64,000 nt of DNA from Paramoeba atlantica. Its lineage: Eukaryota; Protista; Discosea. Shown one piece after another: positions 32,075 through 42,331 of this stretch; positions within the stretch are counted from its first letter, which is position 1; each line of letters begins with the position of its first letter. The notes under the pieces were generated by a model that was given only the letters and a program-made list of their open reading frames with translations, made no database searches and was not told the DNA's origin. The stretch lies in contig CDRNVI010000032.1 of assembly GCA_977017575.1 (NCBI GenBank), forward strand, positions 62,001 to 126,000, in the 5' to 3' direction. A program made the translations under genes and the position numbers.

Positions 32075-32989
32075 TTATAAGGGGGTGTATATTAAAGGAG
32101 TTATGTCACAGTGTTTCTTCCAAGCGGGAGTGTTACAAAGTAGAACACATTTCGGAAGTTTTTGAGGCGTGAACGATTCGATACGATTCTCACTTAGACA
32201 TAGCTCACTCATGCCGCGAGGTAAACGAGAAACATCCACATGACCACTGAATAGATTTCGATTCAGCTGTATGCATTTAATTTCTGGTGGAAGACTGTCG
32301 AAGCGTGGTGTTCCGGTAAATGCGTTATTTCGTGCTTTAAATACAAGTAACGTAGCGGGTAGGTCTTCTAGTACCAGCATTCCGTCGAAAGCATTGTTTG
32401 ACACGTTGAGCCGACGCAAGCCAAAATGTAATTCAGCACAATTCACATGCCCTTTCAATCGATTGTTACTTATGTCAACGTATTGAAGATTATGAGGAAG
32501 TGTACTCCAGTTTATGGCTCCTTCGAAATCATTGTTATTTATACAGAGTCGTTGCAAAGTTCTTGGAAGGTCTTCCGTTGAAATAGTGCCTGAAAAATCG
32601 TTTTCACCTAGATGAAACCGCTGAAACCCATGTGGAAGGGCACCAAAATTGACCACGCCTGTACATTCGTTTTTGACCCCTAACGCAGGGTCAAGAAGAA
32701 ACCAAATTACTGTTGAAGGAAGATGGATCCAGTTGAGTGTACCTTTAAGATATAACCCTCGCCAGTCGATTTTGCGTGCCACCTGAGATGCGTCACATTG
32801 CACCCCGCCCCATTCGCATCCCGCATTGCTCACGTTCCAGGAACGCGGTTTCATTCTAGTGATGCCAGAAACAAACGCATCAAGTTGTAACTCTAAAGGC
32901 AGTAGAGAACGGTGAGCTTTCCGTGGACGACAGCGAGGTTGTGGTTGATCATCCGCTGTGAACAGGATGTACAGTGAGGTGAGCTTCAT
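32075..32989 (-). CDS. Short LRR protein (member 4 of 10)
   Basis: LFTADD...RPRK...LP, GCEWGGVQC cap and 24-aa LRRs. Confidence 0.9.
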   Translation of the reverse strand: MKLTSLYILFTADDQPQPRCRPRKAHRSLLPLELQLDAFVSGITRMKPRSWNVSNAGCEWGGVQCDASQVARKIDWRGLYLKGTLNWIHLPSTVIWFLLDPALGVKNECTGVVNFGALPHGFQRFHLGENDFSGTISTEDLPRTLQRLCINNNDFEGAINWSTLPHNLQYVDISNNRLKGHVNCAELHFGLRRLNVSNNAFDGMLVLEDLPATLLVFKARNNAFTGTPRFDSLPPEIKCIQLNRNLFSGHVDVSRLPRGMSELCLSENRIESFTPQKLPKCVLLCNTPAWKKHCDITPLIYTPL

Positions 32990-33262
32990 GAAAAAGTGCA
33001 GGCAAATACTGCAAGAGATATAAAATGTATTAACTAAACTGAAATTTAGAAAGCTTTCTTAGAAAACGATAAGTTAGATACTAAAGTGCAATCAATAACT
33101 TTCCAGGTGAAAATCACTCGGTATATTACCGGTACGTGAGAACACGATGTATGAGAATAAATGAAATAAAATCCATTTCAAGGATTTACTTTCGTTAAAA
33201 TCCCGTGAGTGATATTTTCAGTGTGTGTCCCACAAAGTCATAGCGTTTTCGAAATTCTTTAA

Positions 33263-34105
33263 TCACAGTTGAACGTTCAGTGGTGTCTCACATTTTACAA
33301 AAGAATTGTTATAAAACTTGTAGAGTTGAAGAAATGAAGGTAAGCGAGAAAAATCCAACTTTCCCTCTAACCGGTTGTTGTGCACGAAAAGTTCGCGCAA
33401 TGAGTTAGGGAGCTGGGTGATATCCAGATGACCAACAAAACTGTTGAATTGTAAGTGAAGAATACCCAAACGGGGAGGCAAGGAGCCCAGCATGAGTTCA
33501 CCTGCGAAATGATTGTTTGTGGCTTGTAGTAGCTTTAGCCCTGGAGGGAGAGAGGAAAGGCAAAGAGGCCCGTGGAAGGCATTGTGAGATAGCCGTAGAC
33601 GTCTCAGAGAAAGGGGCAGACGTGAGGTGTCCAGGTTGTGGGAGAACTGGTTAAATGATACACTGAGATGAAGAAGTGCGGGAGGAAGCTCTGCCAACGA
33701 CAAGTGACCAAAAAACAAGTTGGAATCAATGCGAAGCATTTGAAGGTCAACGGGCAGAAGGCTTGTTTCTACAGAACCGGTGAGTTCATTTCCAAAATTG
33801 TAAATGCCGAGCTGCAGCACGGTAAGGGTGGGGGGAAGATTTTTCCACGACAATGTGCCTTTCAATTTCATTCCTTCCCAGGAAATGCGGATTACTTGTT
33901 TTTCTTCGTCACAAGTTAATCCACCCCATTCACAAACTTCCTCTTCGAGGTCCCACTCTGGGGGTTTGCCAGTCACGTTAGAGAGCAATTTCTGCAATAG
34001 GAATAAAGGTGGAAGCACCAATCCACTAACTTTTTTTCCGCGCGTTTTGATGTTCTTTGCTGGTTGACTGTCCCATGTGTTCACAAATAAGAATGTTCGA
34101 AGCAT
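33263..34105 (-). CDS. Short LRR protein (member 5 of 10)
   Basis: NTWDS...GKKVSGLVLP, VCEWGGLTC cap and LPP.L..L repeats. Confidence 0.9.
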   Translation of the reverse strand: MLRTFLFVNTWDSQPAKNIKTRGKKVSGLVLPPLFLLQKLLSNVTGKPPEWDLEEEVCEWGGLTCDEEKQVIRISWEGMKLKGTLSWKNLPPTLTVLQLGIYNFGNELTGSVETSLLPVDLQMLRIDSNLFFGHLSLAELPPALLHLSVSFNQFSHNLDTSRLPLSLRRLRLSHNAFHGPLCLSSLPPGLKLLQATNNHFAGELMLGSLPPRLGILHLQFNSFVGHLDITQLPNSLRELFVHNNRLEGKLDFSRLPSFLQLYKFYNNSFVKCETPLNVQL

Positions 34106-34327
34106 GTTGAAAAGGTTAAGAACAGAACAGAAAACTGACGGAAAATAAGCTTTTGGTTAAAAAAGACAACTACTTGCTGAAAAACCTAAAAAAATTATTC
34201 GTACGTTTTTTCCCGACTTGTAATTGCAGTAAGGTCCATTTTTTTCAAGGGGTTGCAACAGAACTTTCAAAGTAAAAGAAATAAAAGAAGTTAAGGGGAT
34301 TCCTGAAAATGTGTATGCATGACAAAA

Positions 34328-36988
34328 TTAAGCTAGAAGCTTATTCGCCTGTGTATCCAGACGAGCGGTTCCCTTTATTTTATTGTTAGCAATCCGAGAT
34401 CCGAATTGAATAGCCCTTTTCAGTCGACCTGAGGCACCGTCAAGTCCAAGATCTTTTGCTATTCCACGTAAAAGCTTCTTATCTCCCTGCCCTGGAGGAA
34501 GGTCGAAATCACATAAGTCTGCAAAGGAAGTAGCGTGCGTGAAGAGGCATTGTAGCACATTTTCGTCCAAGTAAGGAGTGCGCAATTCACGACTCCAATC
34601 GGATGTAATTCGATCATCTCTACCTAAATTACGTTTCCACAACCGTGCACAATCTTTGTTAAGTTCGGCGCGAACTCCCGCGTACCCATTCCGATGAAAA
34701 GCTGTGCGATATCTCGCATATCCCCCAAGAGTTTCGTCCGCTCCACTTCCACATAATAGCACACGACAAGTGGAAGTGTAATGTTCGGAGTTCGACGATT
34801 TTCGGATAACTGTATCAGAAAGGAAAGGCATACGGGCATCACACCTTGATGATGAAAAATCCTCTTTAGAGGATGACACTTCGTGATCCTTTTTAAGTCT
34901 TCCACCAGCAGCTATAAAAGGCCCAAATTGATCGTAACCAAGATGACATATCCCTTCCTTTTGTGCATCTTGTAAGTACCGCGAAAGTTTAGCGTAACCG
35001 TATTGGCGATAGGGAATCGAATAATGTTTTCCAAGTTCACTAAGGCGAAATTTTCCACTGGCTTCATCTTGTCCCAGTCCACGATTGTTTGAATGATTCA
35101 GAATCGCACATAAGCATTCAAACTTTAAAGAATTCTCTGAATCACACAGCAGTTTATGGCAATTAGTCCCGGAAACAGTGCCACAAAATAAACTGTTTGT
35201 GGAGGTAGTATTTGATTTATTGTCTTCAAGTTGGTCTATCGACTTAACTTGAATGCCTTTACCACGAGCCGCAAACCAAATTGCTGTAGCAATATTTAGA
35301 TCCATTACCGTGCTTGAAGGCTTAATTAAACTGAGAATTTGTGATTGATTATCACTAACCTCGGAAGAAGGAATATCGATACAAATTAAAGTGAATTCAT
35401 CTGGAGAGAATCTTTGGCAGAGCTCCTTGTAGCCGTCACGAGCGCTGATACGGTCAGGAGTGTATTCAGGAAAATCTGTAAAGGCCACGTTGAGAAGTTC
35501 AATAGGCAAAACAGAGGTAGAAGAATCAAGTTTTACGTCCTTTGCGTTTTCCTCTCTTAGCAGCAGTGCGGTCAGCGCGGCAAGAACCATGCAGTCAAGT
35601 CCTCCGGAGAAAAGAATGCCGATCGGCTGAGGAGCCCCTTGAATGCGGCAACGTACCGCACGTTGAAGAGAAAGAAAGTAATACTCTTTTAGAGACCCCG
35701 ATACGACGTCGTGCAAAGGCGAAGATGTATTCATACTTTTATCATAATTATTGATGACGGGTTCGCATAGTTTTGCGTCTTCCCATGCAGTATCACTAAG
35801 AGGATGTGTTCTGAGAGGAGGCTGAGCCCATGGAACACAATATTCCTTGATTTCGGACTCAACTCCATTCATGTTAAAGATGACCCAATTGGTTGAATCA
35901 ATGTTTTCGGTATCTACTTGTTGATCAGGCGACGAGTTAGAAGCCAAAGACTCACTTAAGCTTGTTGAATTTCGCCTGGCGACTGTCTTCGCATTTTCCG
36001 ATGTCAGATCATTGTAGGATATAACACAATCTTTCTGTACGGAAACAAGACTACGGACTTTTCCATTTTCAAGGATACAGGAAGAACAAATCAAGGCTTC
36101 GTCACGGGGCATGTTTTTCTGTGAACCTGTGTGGGGAAGAATGTGGTAATACATCCCATTGACAGAAACTTCAGTGACCTCAACACCATCAAAAGTACTG
36201 GACTCCAAAGAAGGAAATGGTGGAACAATAGATGAAATTGATAGAAGGTAGCGTAGCTTTTTTGTACCGAAAGCGCCTTGTCTTTCAACTACGACTGTCC
36301 TTCGTAGTAAACTTCGACGCCCCATTGGATCTCTTCCATAGCAAAGCATGCGGTAACGAGGAAAAAAGACCACGAAGGCGTATGGACCTTGAATGCACTC
36401 TAAGAACTCGACGAAATCCTTTGCTAAAGCATGAGGAGCACATATTTCACATAAACAGTGGGATTGACCACGAATCTTTTGCTGACTATGACATCCAGTA
36501 TCCACAAAACAACTTTTAGAAGAAGAATTTTCAAAATTTAGAAATTGATCATGCTGCTTTTGAACATCAGAATAATGATTTAATACTATTTTCTCTAGAT
36601 GTTTTTCGACCCAGCGCGTATCAGACTCGTCAAGAGAGGGAGAAGAAAGATTTCTTGAATTATGGAGAGTCTTATCAAGCCCAAACATCTCACCATTCCA
36701 TGATAGAACGAAATCAGCGTTATGTATAGGTTGGGGTACTACAGGAGTGTTTCTCATTGACAGCACGGAACAAATAAGAAGACCTTGTCGTTCTGATAGC
36801 AAGTTTACTTCTTCCTCAGAAGAAAGCTGAATGCTTTGAATGTGATCGGGACCTCTACTACGAAGTCCTCGAATGATAATGTCGGGCACAGTTTGCTGTT
36901 TCGAAGGAAGGAATTTCGAAGAAACGTTCAGGAAAACTTTTTCACAATCTTGGCAGAGAAACCCCAAGAAACAAGAAATTCCACACAT
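34328..36988 (-). CDS. ASNSD1: Asparagine synthetase domain-containing protein (ASNSD1/YML096W type) with a possible LOTUS/OST-HTH insertion
   Basis: N-terminal MCGI (Ntn Cys), RGPD, WNGE, GRDPMGRRSLL, LFSGGLDC, GSGADETLGGY, RNLGRDDR and KRAIQFGSR. Confidence 0.88.
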   Translation of the reverse strand: MCGISCFLGFLCQDCEKVFLNVSSKFLPSKQQTVPDIIIRGLRSRGPDHIQSIQLSSEEEVNLLSERQGLLICSVLSMRNTPVVPQPIHNADFVLSWNGEMFGLDKTLHNSRNLSSPSLDESDTRWVEKHLEKIVLNHYSDVQKQHDQFLNFENSSSKSCFVDTGCHSQQKIRGQSHCLCEICAPHALAKDFVEFLECIQGPYAFVVFFPRYRMLCYGRDPMGRRSLLRRTVVVERQGAFGTKKLRYLLSISSIVPPFPSLESSTFDGVEVTEVSVNGMYYHILPHTGSQKNMPRDEALICSSCILENGKVRSLVSVQKDCVISYNDLTSENAKTVARRNSTSLSESLASNSSPDQQVDTENIDSTNWVIFNMNGVESEIKEYCVPWAQPPLRTHPLSDTAWEDAKLCEPVINNYDKSMNTSSPLHDVVSGSLKEYYFLSLQRAVRCRIQGAPQPIGILFSGGLDCMVLAALTALLLREENAKDVKLDSSTSVLPIELLNVAFTDFPEYTPDRISARDGYKELCQRFSPDEFTLICIDIPSSEVSDNQSQILSLIKPSSTVMDLNIATAIWFAARGKGIQVKSIDQLEDNKSNTTSTNSLFCGTVSGTNCHKLLCDSENSLKFECLCAILNHSNNRGLGQDEASGKFRLSELGKHYSIPYRQYGYAKLSRYLQDAQKEGICHLGYDQFGPFIAAGGRLKKDHEVSSSKEDFSSSRCDARMPFLSDTVIRKSSNSEHYTSTCRVLLCGSGADETLGGYARYRTAFHRNGYAGVRAELNKDCARLWKRNLGRDDRITSDWSRELRTPYLDENVLQCLFTHATSFADLCDFDLPPGQGDKKLLRGIAKDLGLDGASGRLKRAIQFGSRIANNKIKGTARLDTQANKLLA

Positions 36989-37370
36989 ACTAGAATATCA
37001 ATGTATGTGGCCTTTCAACACACGATGCACTAAGGAAGGCGCCAACAAAAAAAGTTGTAGTACCCGTTTCGTACCTCGCTAACTCCTGTATACGGATATG
37101 CATTGATCTCCCGTACAAACCCAAGAGAATTAGTTCGCATGTGTCCAGGTAGAGTAGGGTATAATATTAAACTGCATCACAAAAGAAGGATGTTTAATGT
37201 GTTCGAAGAGGGGGGTACGTAGAGTGTTGAAACATACATGCACACACAGTGTACGAGAAGAAAAAGCAAACAAGGTACAGTTACGTAATACGTAACTACA
37301 TCAGACTACGTATGATGTATCTATGCTACATGACCATTGGACTTCATTTGACATGATGTTTGCAGAGTAA

Positions 37371-38183
37371 TCACCGAAACCAACAGGAGAGAGATACACT
37401 GTGTGTAGGGTTGTCTTTAGGGGCCTTAAATTCATGCCACCAACCTGGAGGGACGTAAAGTATGTCTCCAGTATGTAGTAATGAGCTATGAATGGGGAAG
37501 TCAGAATAAGACTGAAGATCAAACTCAGCAAAATTAGCAGGTATCTCTCTATTGCGGTTCAACTTACTCGTAACTACGTTTCCTGAAGCAGAAACACCTT
37601 TGTCTCGCTTTGCTAACTCTTCAAAAAGAGACAAATCACTTGCATTCGGCATCCCGAATCGATCCATTGGTTCCATTTCCGGGCTATTGTTCGGAGCAAC
37701 CAACGCAAATGCCTTTTCTCCCCGAACTTGGAGAAACAGATTGTGCATGTGAGCTCCATCACGGTGGGTAGCCGTGTGTGCTCCCACCCCTGACCACAAA
37801 TTCACTCTCAATGAGTCGAAAGGAATATTTAATCCAATCCTGTGCAGTGGAATATGCGGATGAAGACTCCGCGGCAAAGGGGTACTTAAGTAATACCAGA
37901 ATCCATCGAGTTGCGGACCCGCGCAGTGTGTAGTCCCGGGAAGCAATCCAAGTTCAAGAACATCGCGGAAACTTACACGAAGCCGTTCCTCGGTGAAGTG
38001 TCCAAAGAGGGAACTAGGACTGCGATGCGCAAAGAGGTAGGGTAAGCTATGAAGCGCGGCAAGCAAAGGGGAACGCGCGGGCTGACTCCACCATCGAGTG
38101 GCGCAGGACCATTGAGTACAAGCACGGCGTAACACAAAAGGTGTACGAGACACAGTTATGTGTTGCAGAAGGCGACGACGCAT
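37371..38183 (-). CDS. JmjC (cupin-like) 2-oxoglutarate/Fe(II) oxygenase
   Basis: NLWSG...TATHRD...NLFLQVRGEK and L..GDILYVPPGWWHEF. The HxD...H triad is intact. Confidence 0.88.
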   Translation of the reverse strand: MRRRLLQHITVSRTPFVLRRACTQWSCATRWWSQPARSPLLAALHSLPYLFAHRSPSSLFGHFTEERLRVSFRDVLELGLLPGTTHCAGPQLDGFWYYLSTPLPRSLHPHIPLHRIGLNIPFDSLRVNLWSGVGAHTATHRDGAHMHNLFLQVRGEKAFALVAPNNSPEMEPMDRFGMPNASDLSLFEELAKRDKGVSASGNVVTSKLNRNREIPANFAEFDLQSYSDFPIHSSLLHTGDILYVPPGWWHEFKAPKDNPTHSVSLSCWFR

Positions 38184-38775
38184 GTCAAAAATACTATCAG
38201 TGGTCGGACCATGAGACCTGTATCAGGTCTGTACCGTTAGTCAGGAGACCGATGCAGGAGAACGAAGTGACACTTCGCAAAGTGTAGGAATCAAAGGCAG
38301 TCATAGTGAAAATTTAACTTTAAAAAATACAAGAGTACTGTATGATAGGTTTGCAGAGAGAAGCCAGTAAGAAAAAAGCAATAAGGAAAATGCCAATAAG
38401 GAAAATGCAATCAAAATACATAACGAGATAAAAAATCGTATACAATAGAATGCAACATGAAACTTAGCAAATAAGTGACCATAACGACGTTCAGCGTCAT
38501 AAACACCCTCGTGCAGCTAATGATAAAGGTTAAGCCCAGTCCGCTCTATGTCGCAAGAAACCAACACTGGAATTTACTTCATAAGCTCCAGACGCATCAT
38601 ACACACTAGAACCACAACCAACGTAACGACCCCAAAAAATCACCGAACTACCTGTTACCACAAGAAACAACTGTTTTTCTCTTCGCTCAACACATGCAAC
38701 CCGCCCAGACTCACGTCGCGCAAGACTTTACTACCCTTTTCCCACCTCCACCGCAATCCAAAACTCCTTAGAGCT

Positions 38776-40881
38776 CTACAGCTCCACAAACTCACGACCC
38801 ACAGGGGCGGGCCTGGACCCTCCATAGTACGCCACCAGCGCCTTTGCCTTTTCCACCACCGACTCCACAGTGAACCCCAGCGTCGCGAGACACTTCTCCC
38901 CCGGGGCACTCTCCCCCCAGCGATCCAACCCCACCACCGCGTGGGCATAACACCCCCAGGACTGGCTACTCCACGCCTCCACCGCTAACACCGGCACCCC
39001 CTCCGGGAGTACCCCCTTACGGTACTCCCGAGACTGTGCCGCGAATAACCCCATACAGGGCATCGACACCACCCGCACGTGAAGGCCCGGGGTTGCTGCC
39101 ATTAACCCCTCACTCGCCTTCACGCAGAGATGGAGTTCCGACCCTGTGGAGAGTAACACAATACGGTTGTTGGTATGGTTGTTGTGGTTACTGTTGTTGT
39201 TCTCCATCTTCTCTGCGGTCTCCATGGCCTTGTTAAACCCGACCCCCTGGGCCACGACATACCCCCCGCGGGCTACCCCCGCGGCGTGGGTCCCCGGGAG
39301 GGGGGGGAGGGCCTGGCGGGTGAGACACAGCACACTGGGCGTCGTGCGTGCCTTCAGCGCGAGCGCCCAGCACGCGGAGGTCTCGGTTTGGTCCGCGGGG
39401 CGAAAGAGGTGGAGGTTGGGCATCGCGCGCAGCACGGTGGGGAGCTCCACGGGCTGGTGCGTGGGGCCGTCCTCCCCGAGCGCGATGCTGTCATGGGTGG
39501 CGACGTAGATCACGCCAAGGGCGGCGAGCGCGGAGAGACGCACGGCCCCGAGGGCGTAGCCGATAAAATTGAGAAAGGTGCCGCAGTAGGGGATGAGACC
39601 TCCGTGGGCGGCGATGCCGTTGCAGATGGCCGCCATGGCGTGCTCACGGACGCCGTAGTAGAGGTAGCGCCCGTGCTCGGAGGATTTTTGGAACCCGGTC
39701 TGGGAGGCGACTTGGGTGAGGTTGGACCCGGTGAGGTCAGCACTGCCCCCGAGGAGGTTCTGGATTCGGGGAACGAGAGAGGAGAGACAGAGCTCGCTGG
39801 CTTTACGGGTCGCGACGGGGGAGGCGTTGACGGGGAGCGCCTCCTCCCACCCGGATGGAAGTTCCCCTTGCACGAAACTTCGAAAGAGAGCACCGAGAGA
39901 AGGGTCAGCGGCAGAGAAATCCTGCTCTCGTGTTTCCCACTGCGTTCGTTTCTCACACCCACGCGTACCCGCTTGGCGAAACCGCGCTAGCACGTTCTCC
40001 GGCACGTAAAACGATTTCTCGGGGTCCAGCCCAAAGTTTGCTTTCATTTTCTTGACACCCTCCACCCCGAGAGGCGCACCGTGAACCTTGGCGGTTCCCT
40101 TCATTTCGGACCCGTACCCAATCGTGGTAGACAAGAAAATCATGGTCGGCTTGCCACGAGAGGTGTTCGCGCTGCGCAAGGCCTTGCGAATACTGTCTAA
40201 GTCAGAGTCCCCATTAGGCACGACAATACAATGAAATCCCAGTGCGGCATACTTCTCCGTCTTCTTCTCCGTGTAGGACAAATCCGTCGAGCCGTCGATG
40301 GAGATCCTATTGTCATCATAGATAATGACCAGCTTTTCCAGACCCAGATGACCCGCAAGGGAGAGCGCTTCCTGGCCAACTCCCTCCATTAAACAGCCAT
40401 CCCCGCAGAACACGTACGTGTAGTGATCCACGACCTTAGCACAAAACTTAGCACGAAGGTGGGCCTCCGCGATGCACATCCCGACCGCATTCGCAATGCC
40501 TTGACCCAGAGGTCCCGTGGTGACCTCCACCCCATCCGTGACGCCACGCTCGGGATGTCCGGGAGTCTTGGAGTGCAGTTGGCGAAATTGTTTTAGGTCC
40601 TCCATGGAGAGGTTGTACCCTGAGAGATGCAACAAGGAGTAAAGCAACGCGGAGCCGTGACCGTTGGACAGAACAAATCGGTCACGATCAAACCAATTCG
40701 GCTTCAAGGGATCGAATTTTAGAAATTCAGTAAAGAGAATGTACGCTGCTGGAGCCATACCGAGAGGCATCCCTGGGTGACCGGAGTTTGCGGCTTGGAC
40801 ACAGTCCACAGAGAGAGCCCTAAGATAGTTCACACAGGTCAAATCCTCATTGGACTCTTCACCAGATAGCGGTTGAGACAT
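38776..40881 (-). CDS. TKT: Transketolase
   Basis: ANSGHPGMPLG, DRFVLSNGHGS, TTGPLGQG, GDGCLMEG, YGVREHAM and THDSIALGEDGPTHQP. Confidence 0.97.
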   Translation of the reverse strand: MSQPLSGEESNEDLTCVNYLRALSVDCVQAANSGHPGMPLGMAPAAYILFTEFLKFDPLKPNWFDRDRFVLSNGHGSALLYSLLHLSGYNLSMEDLKQFRQLHSKTPGHPERGVTDGVEVTTGPLGQGIANAVGMCIAEAHLRAKFCAKVVDHYTYVFCGDGCLMEGVGQEALSLAGHLGLEKLVIIYDDNRISIDGSTDLSYTEKKTEKYAALGFHCIVVPNGDSDLDSIRKALRSANTSRGKPTMIFLSTTIGYGSEMKGTAKVHGAPLGVEGVKKMKANFGLDPEKSFYVPENVLARFRQAGTRGCEKRTQWETREQDFSAADPSLGALFRSFVQGELPSGWEEALPVNASPVATRKASELCLSSLVPRIQNLLGGSADLTGSNLTQVASQTGFQKSSEHGRYLYYGVREHAMAAICNGIAAHGGLIPYCGTFLNFIGYALGAVRLSALAALGVIYVATHDSIALGEDGPTHQPVELPTVLRAMPNLHLFRPADQTETSACWALALKARTTPSVLCLTRQALPPLPGTHAAGVARGGYVVAQGVGFNKAMETAEKMENNNSNHNNHTNNRIVLLSTGSELHLCVKASEGLMAATPGLHVRVVSMPCMGLFAAQSREYRKGVLPEGVPVLAVEAWSSQSWGCYAHAVVGLDRWGESAPGEKCLATLGFTVESVVEKAKALVAYYGGSRPAPVGREFVEL

Positions 40882-41152
40882 TATGTTTATGTGGAAGTTC
40901 AAAAGTAAGAAAGATTATATTTTGGCTTTTTAAGAGTTGTTGCTCCTCTTTTTTAAAGACTTGAAGACAAGATTTGAAAAGTTTTTCATATGATCTATTT
41001 CTTACAAAAAAATAAAACAGTTCAATTAACACCAAGAGGGTTAATGCAATTTTCCAGGCAATTTAAAACTTTTAATGCATACAGACTAAAATGGGAAAAG
41101 TTATCTATTCTTCTGGTCAAGTGCTCATTTGGTCAAGAAGTGCTCATTTTTT

Positions 41153-42055
41153 TTACGTTTTTTGTGGCTCGCAAATATATCGCGAATGTCTTACGCCCTC
41201 AAAAGATAAAAAATTACGGGAAAAATCAACATTGATTGCAGGAATAAAAATTAATTCCAAATCAACATGTCCAGTAAATTGATTCGATGACAAATCAAGG
41301 TGTGACATAGATTCAGGCAGCGATATAAGATCGATAAGACCACTCAAATGATTGTGAGAGATAATAATGAGACTCATCCGCTTGGGAAGGCAAGACAGGC
41401 AAATTTCACCAGTGAGCTGATTATGACCGACGTCTAACTCCTGCAACGACAGAGGCAACTGCGATAGTTCAAGACCATGCTGAAACTGATTATGGTTTAC
41501 ATTCAGAGATACCAACCCTTGAGGAAGATTTTCTAATTGCAAATTTCCGTAAAAAAGGTTCTCAGAGAAATCAGCAAACTCAATAGAGGCGGGAAGCTCA
41601 TCCAAAGCAAGCCTTCCAGAAAACCGGTTCTGCGAGACGTACATTTCTTTTATACTATCGGGAAGCAAACCTAAGGGCAGAGTTCCATTGAAAAGATTCT
41701 TATGGAGTGATATTAACTCCACTCCATGCGGCATGTGAGACCAGTGAAGAGATCCACGAAAACGAGTATGATTGCCGATACCAGCCAAGTTGATTCGGAT
41801 TGTACTATTGCTTATACCGATTCCATACCAGGTACTAGCGTGTGTTCCTTCCTTCCACGAGGGGTGAGGATTCCGAATAGGTTGGAATAAGCGGGACATT
41901 TGCAAATGGAGAGGCAAGTTAGACCCACCAATTTTGGAACTCCGCAGGGAGTCGTACGATTCCTTGGTTTGACAGTGAGAAAAGCAGACGAAAAGGTGGA
42001 AACCAATAAAATATTTCTGGATGAAGAACGAGAACACAAGTGCAGAAAATGACAT
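41153..42055 (-). CDS. Short LRR protein (member 6 of 10), long hydrophobic leader
   Basis: RSSKIGGSNLP followed by 24-aa LP..L..L.lS.N.f.G repeats. Confidence 0.85.
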   Translation of the reverse strand: MSFSALVFSFFIQKYFIGFHLFVCFSHCQTKESYDSLRSSKIGGSNLPLHLQMSRLFQPIRNPHPSWKEGTHASTWYGIGISNSTIRINLAGIGNHTRFRGSLHWSHMPHGVELISLHKNLFNGTLPLGLLPDSIKEMYVSQNRFSGRLALDELPASIEFADFSENLFYGNLQLENLPQGLVSLNVNHNQFQHGLELSQLPLSLQELDVGHNQLTGEICLSCLPKRMSLIIISHNHLSGLIDLISLPESMSHLDLSSNQFTGHVDLELIFIPAINVDFSRNFLSFEGVRHSRYICEPQKT

Positions 42056-42331
42056 GAAATAGAAGTTTCAAGAGAAAACGTTTTACAAGGTAATTTGCAT
42101 GCTACATGTATTGCTACGTATTGTGTATTGTCGTACACTACTGTGTACTGGGAGAGCAAATAAAACGTAGAAAAGTAATAAGAGATTTTTTTTTATTTCT
42201 TTGACTTAGAACTATGCAAACCAAACGTCGATACTAGAGACTCTCCAATAGAGAGCCAATGTTAGTAAAGATTAATTTTCAAAAATAATAAAAAGGTTGC
42301 TCCGGACATACCCTGAGCAAAACAGACAGCT

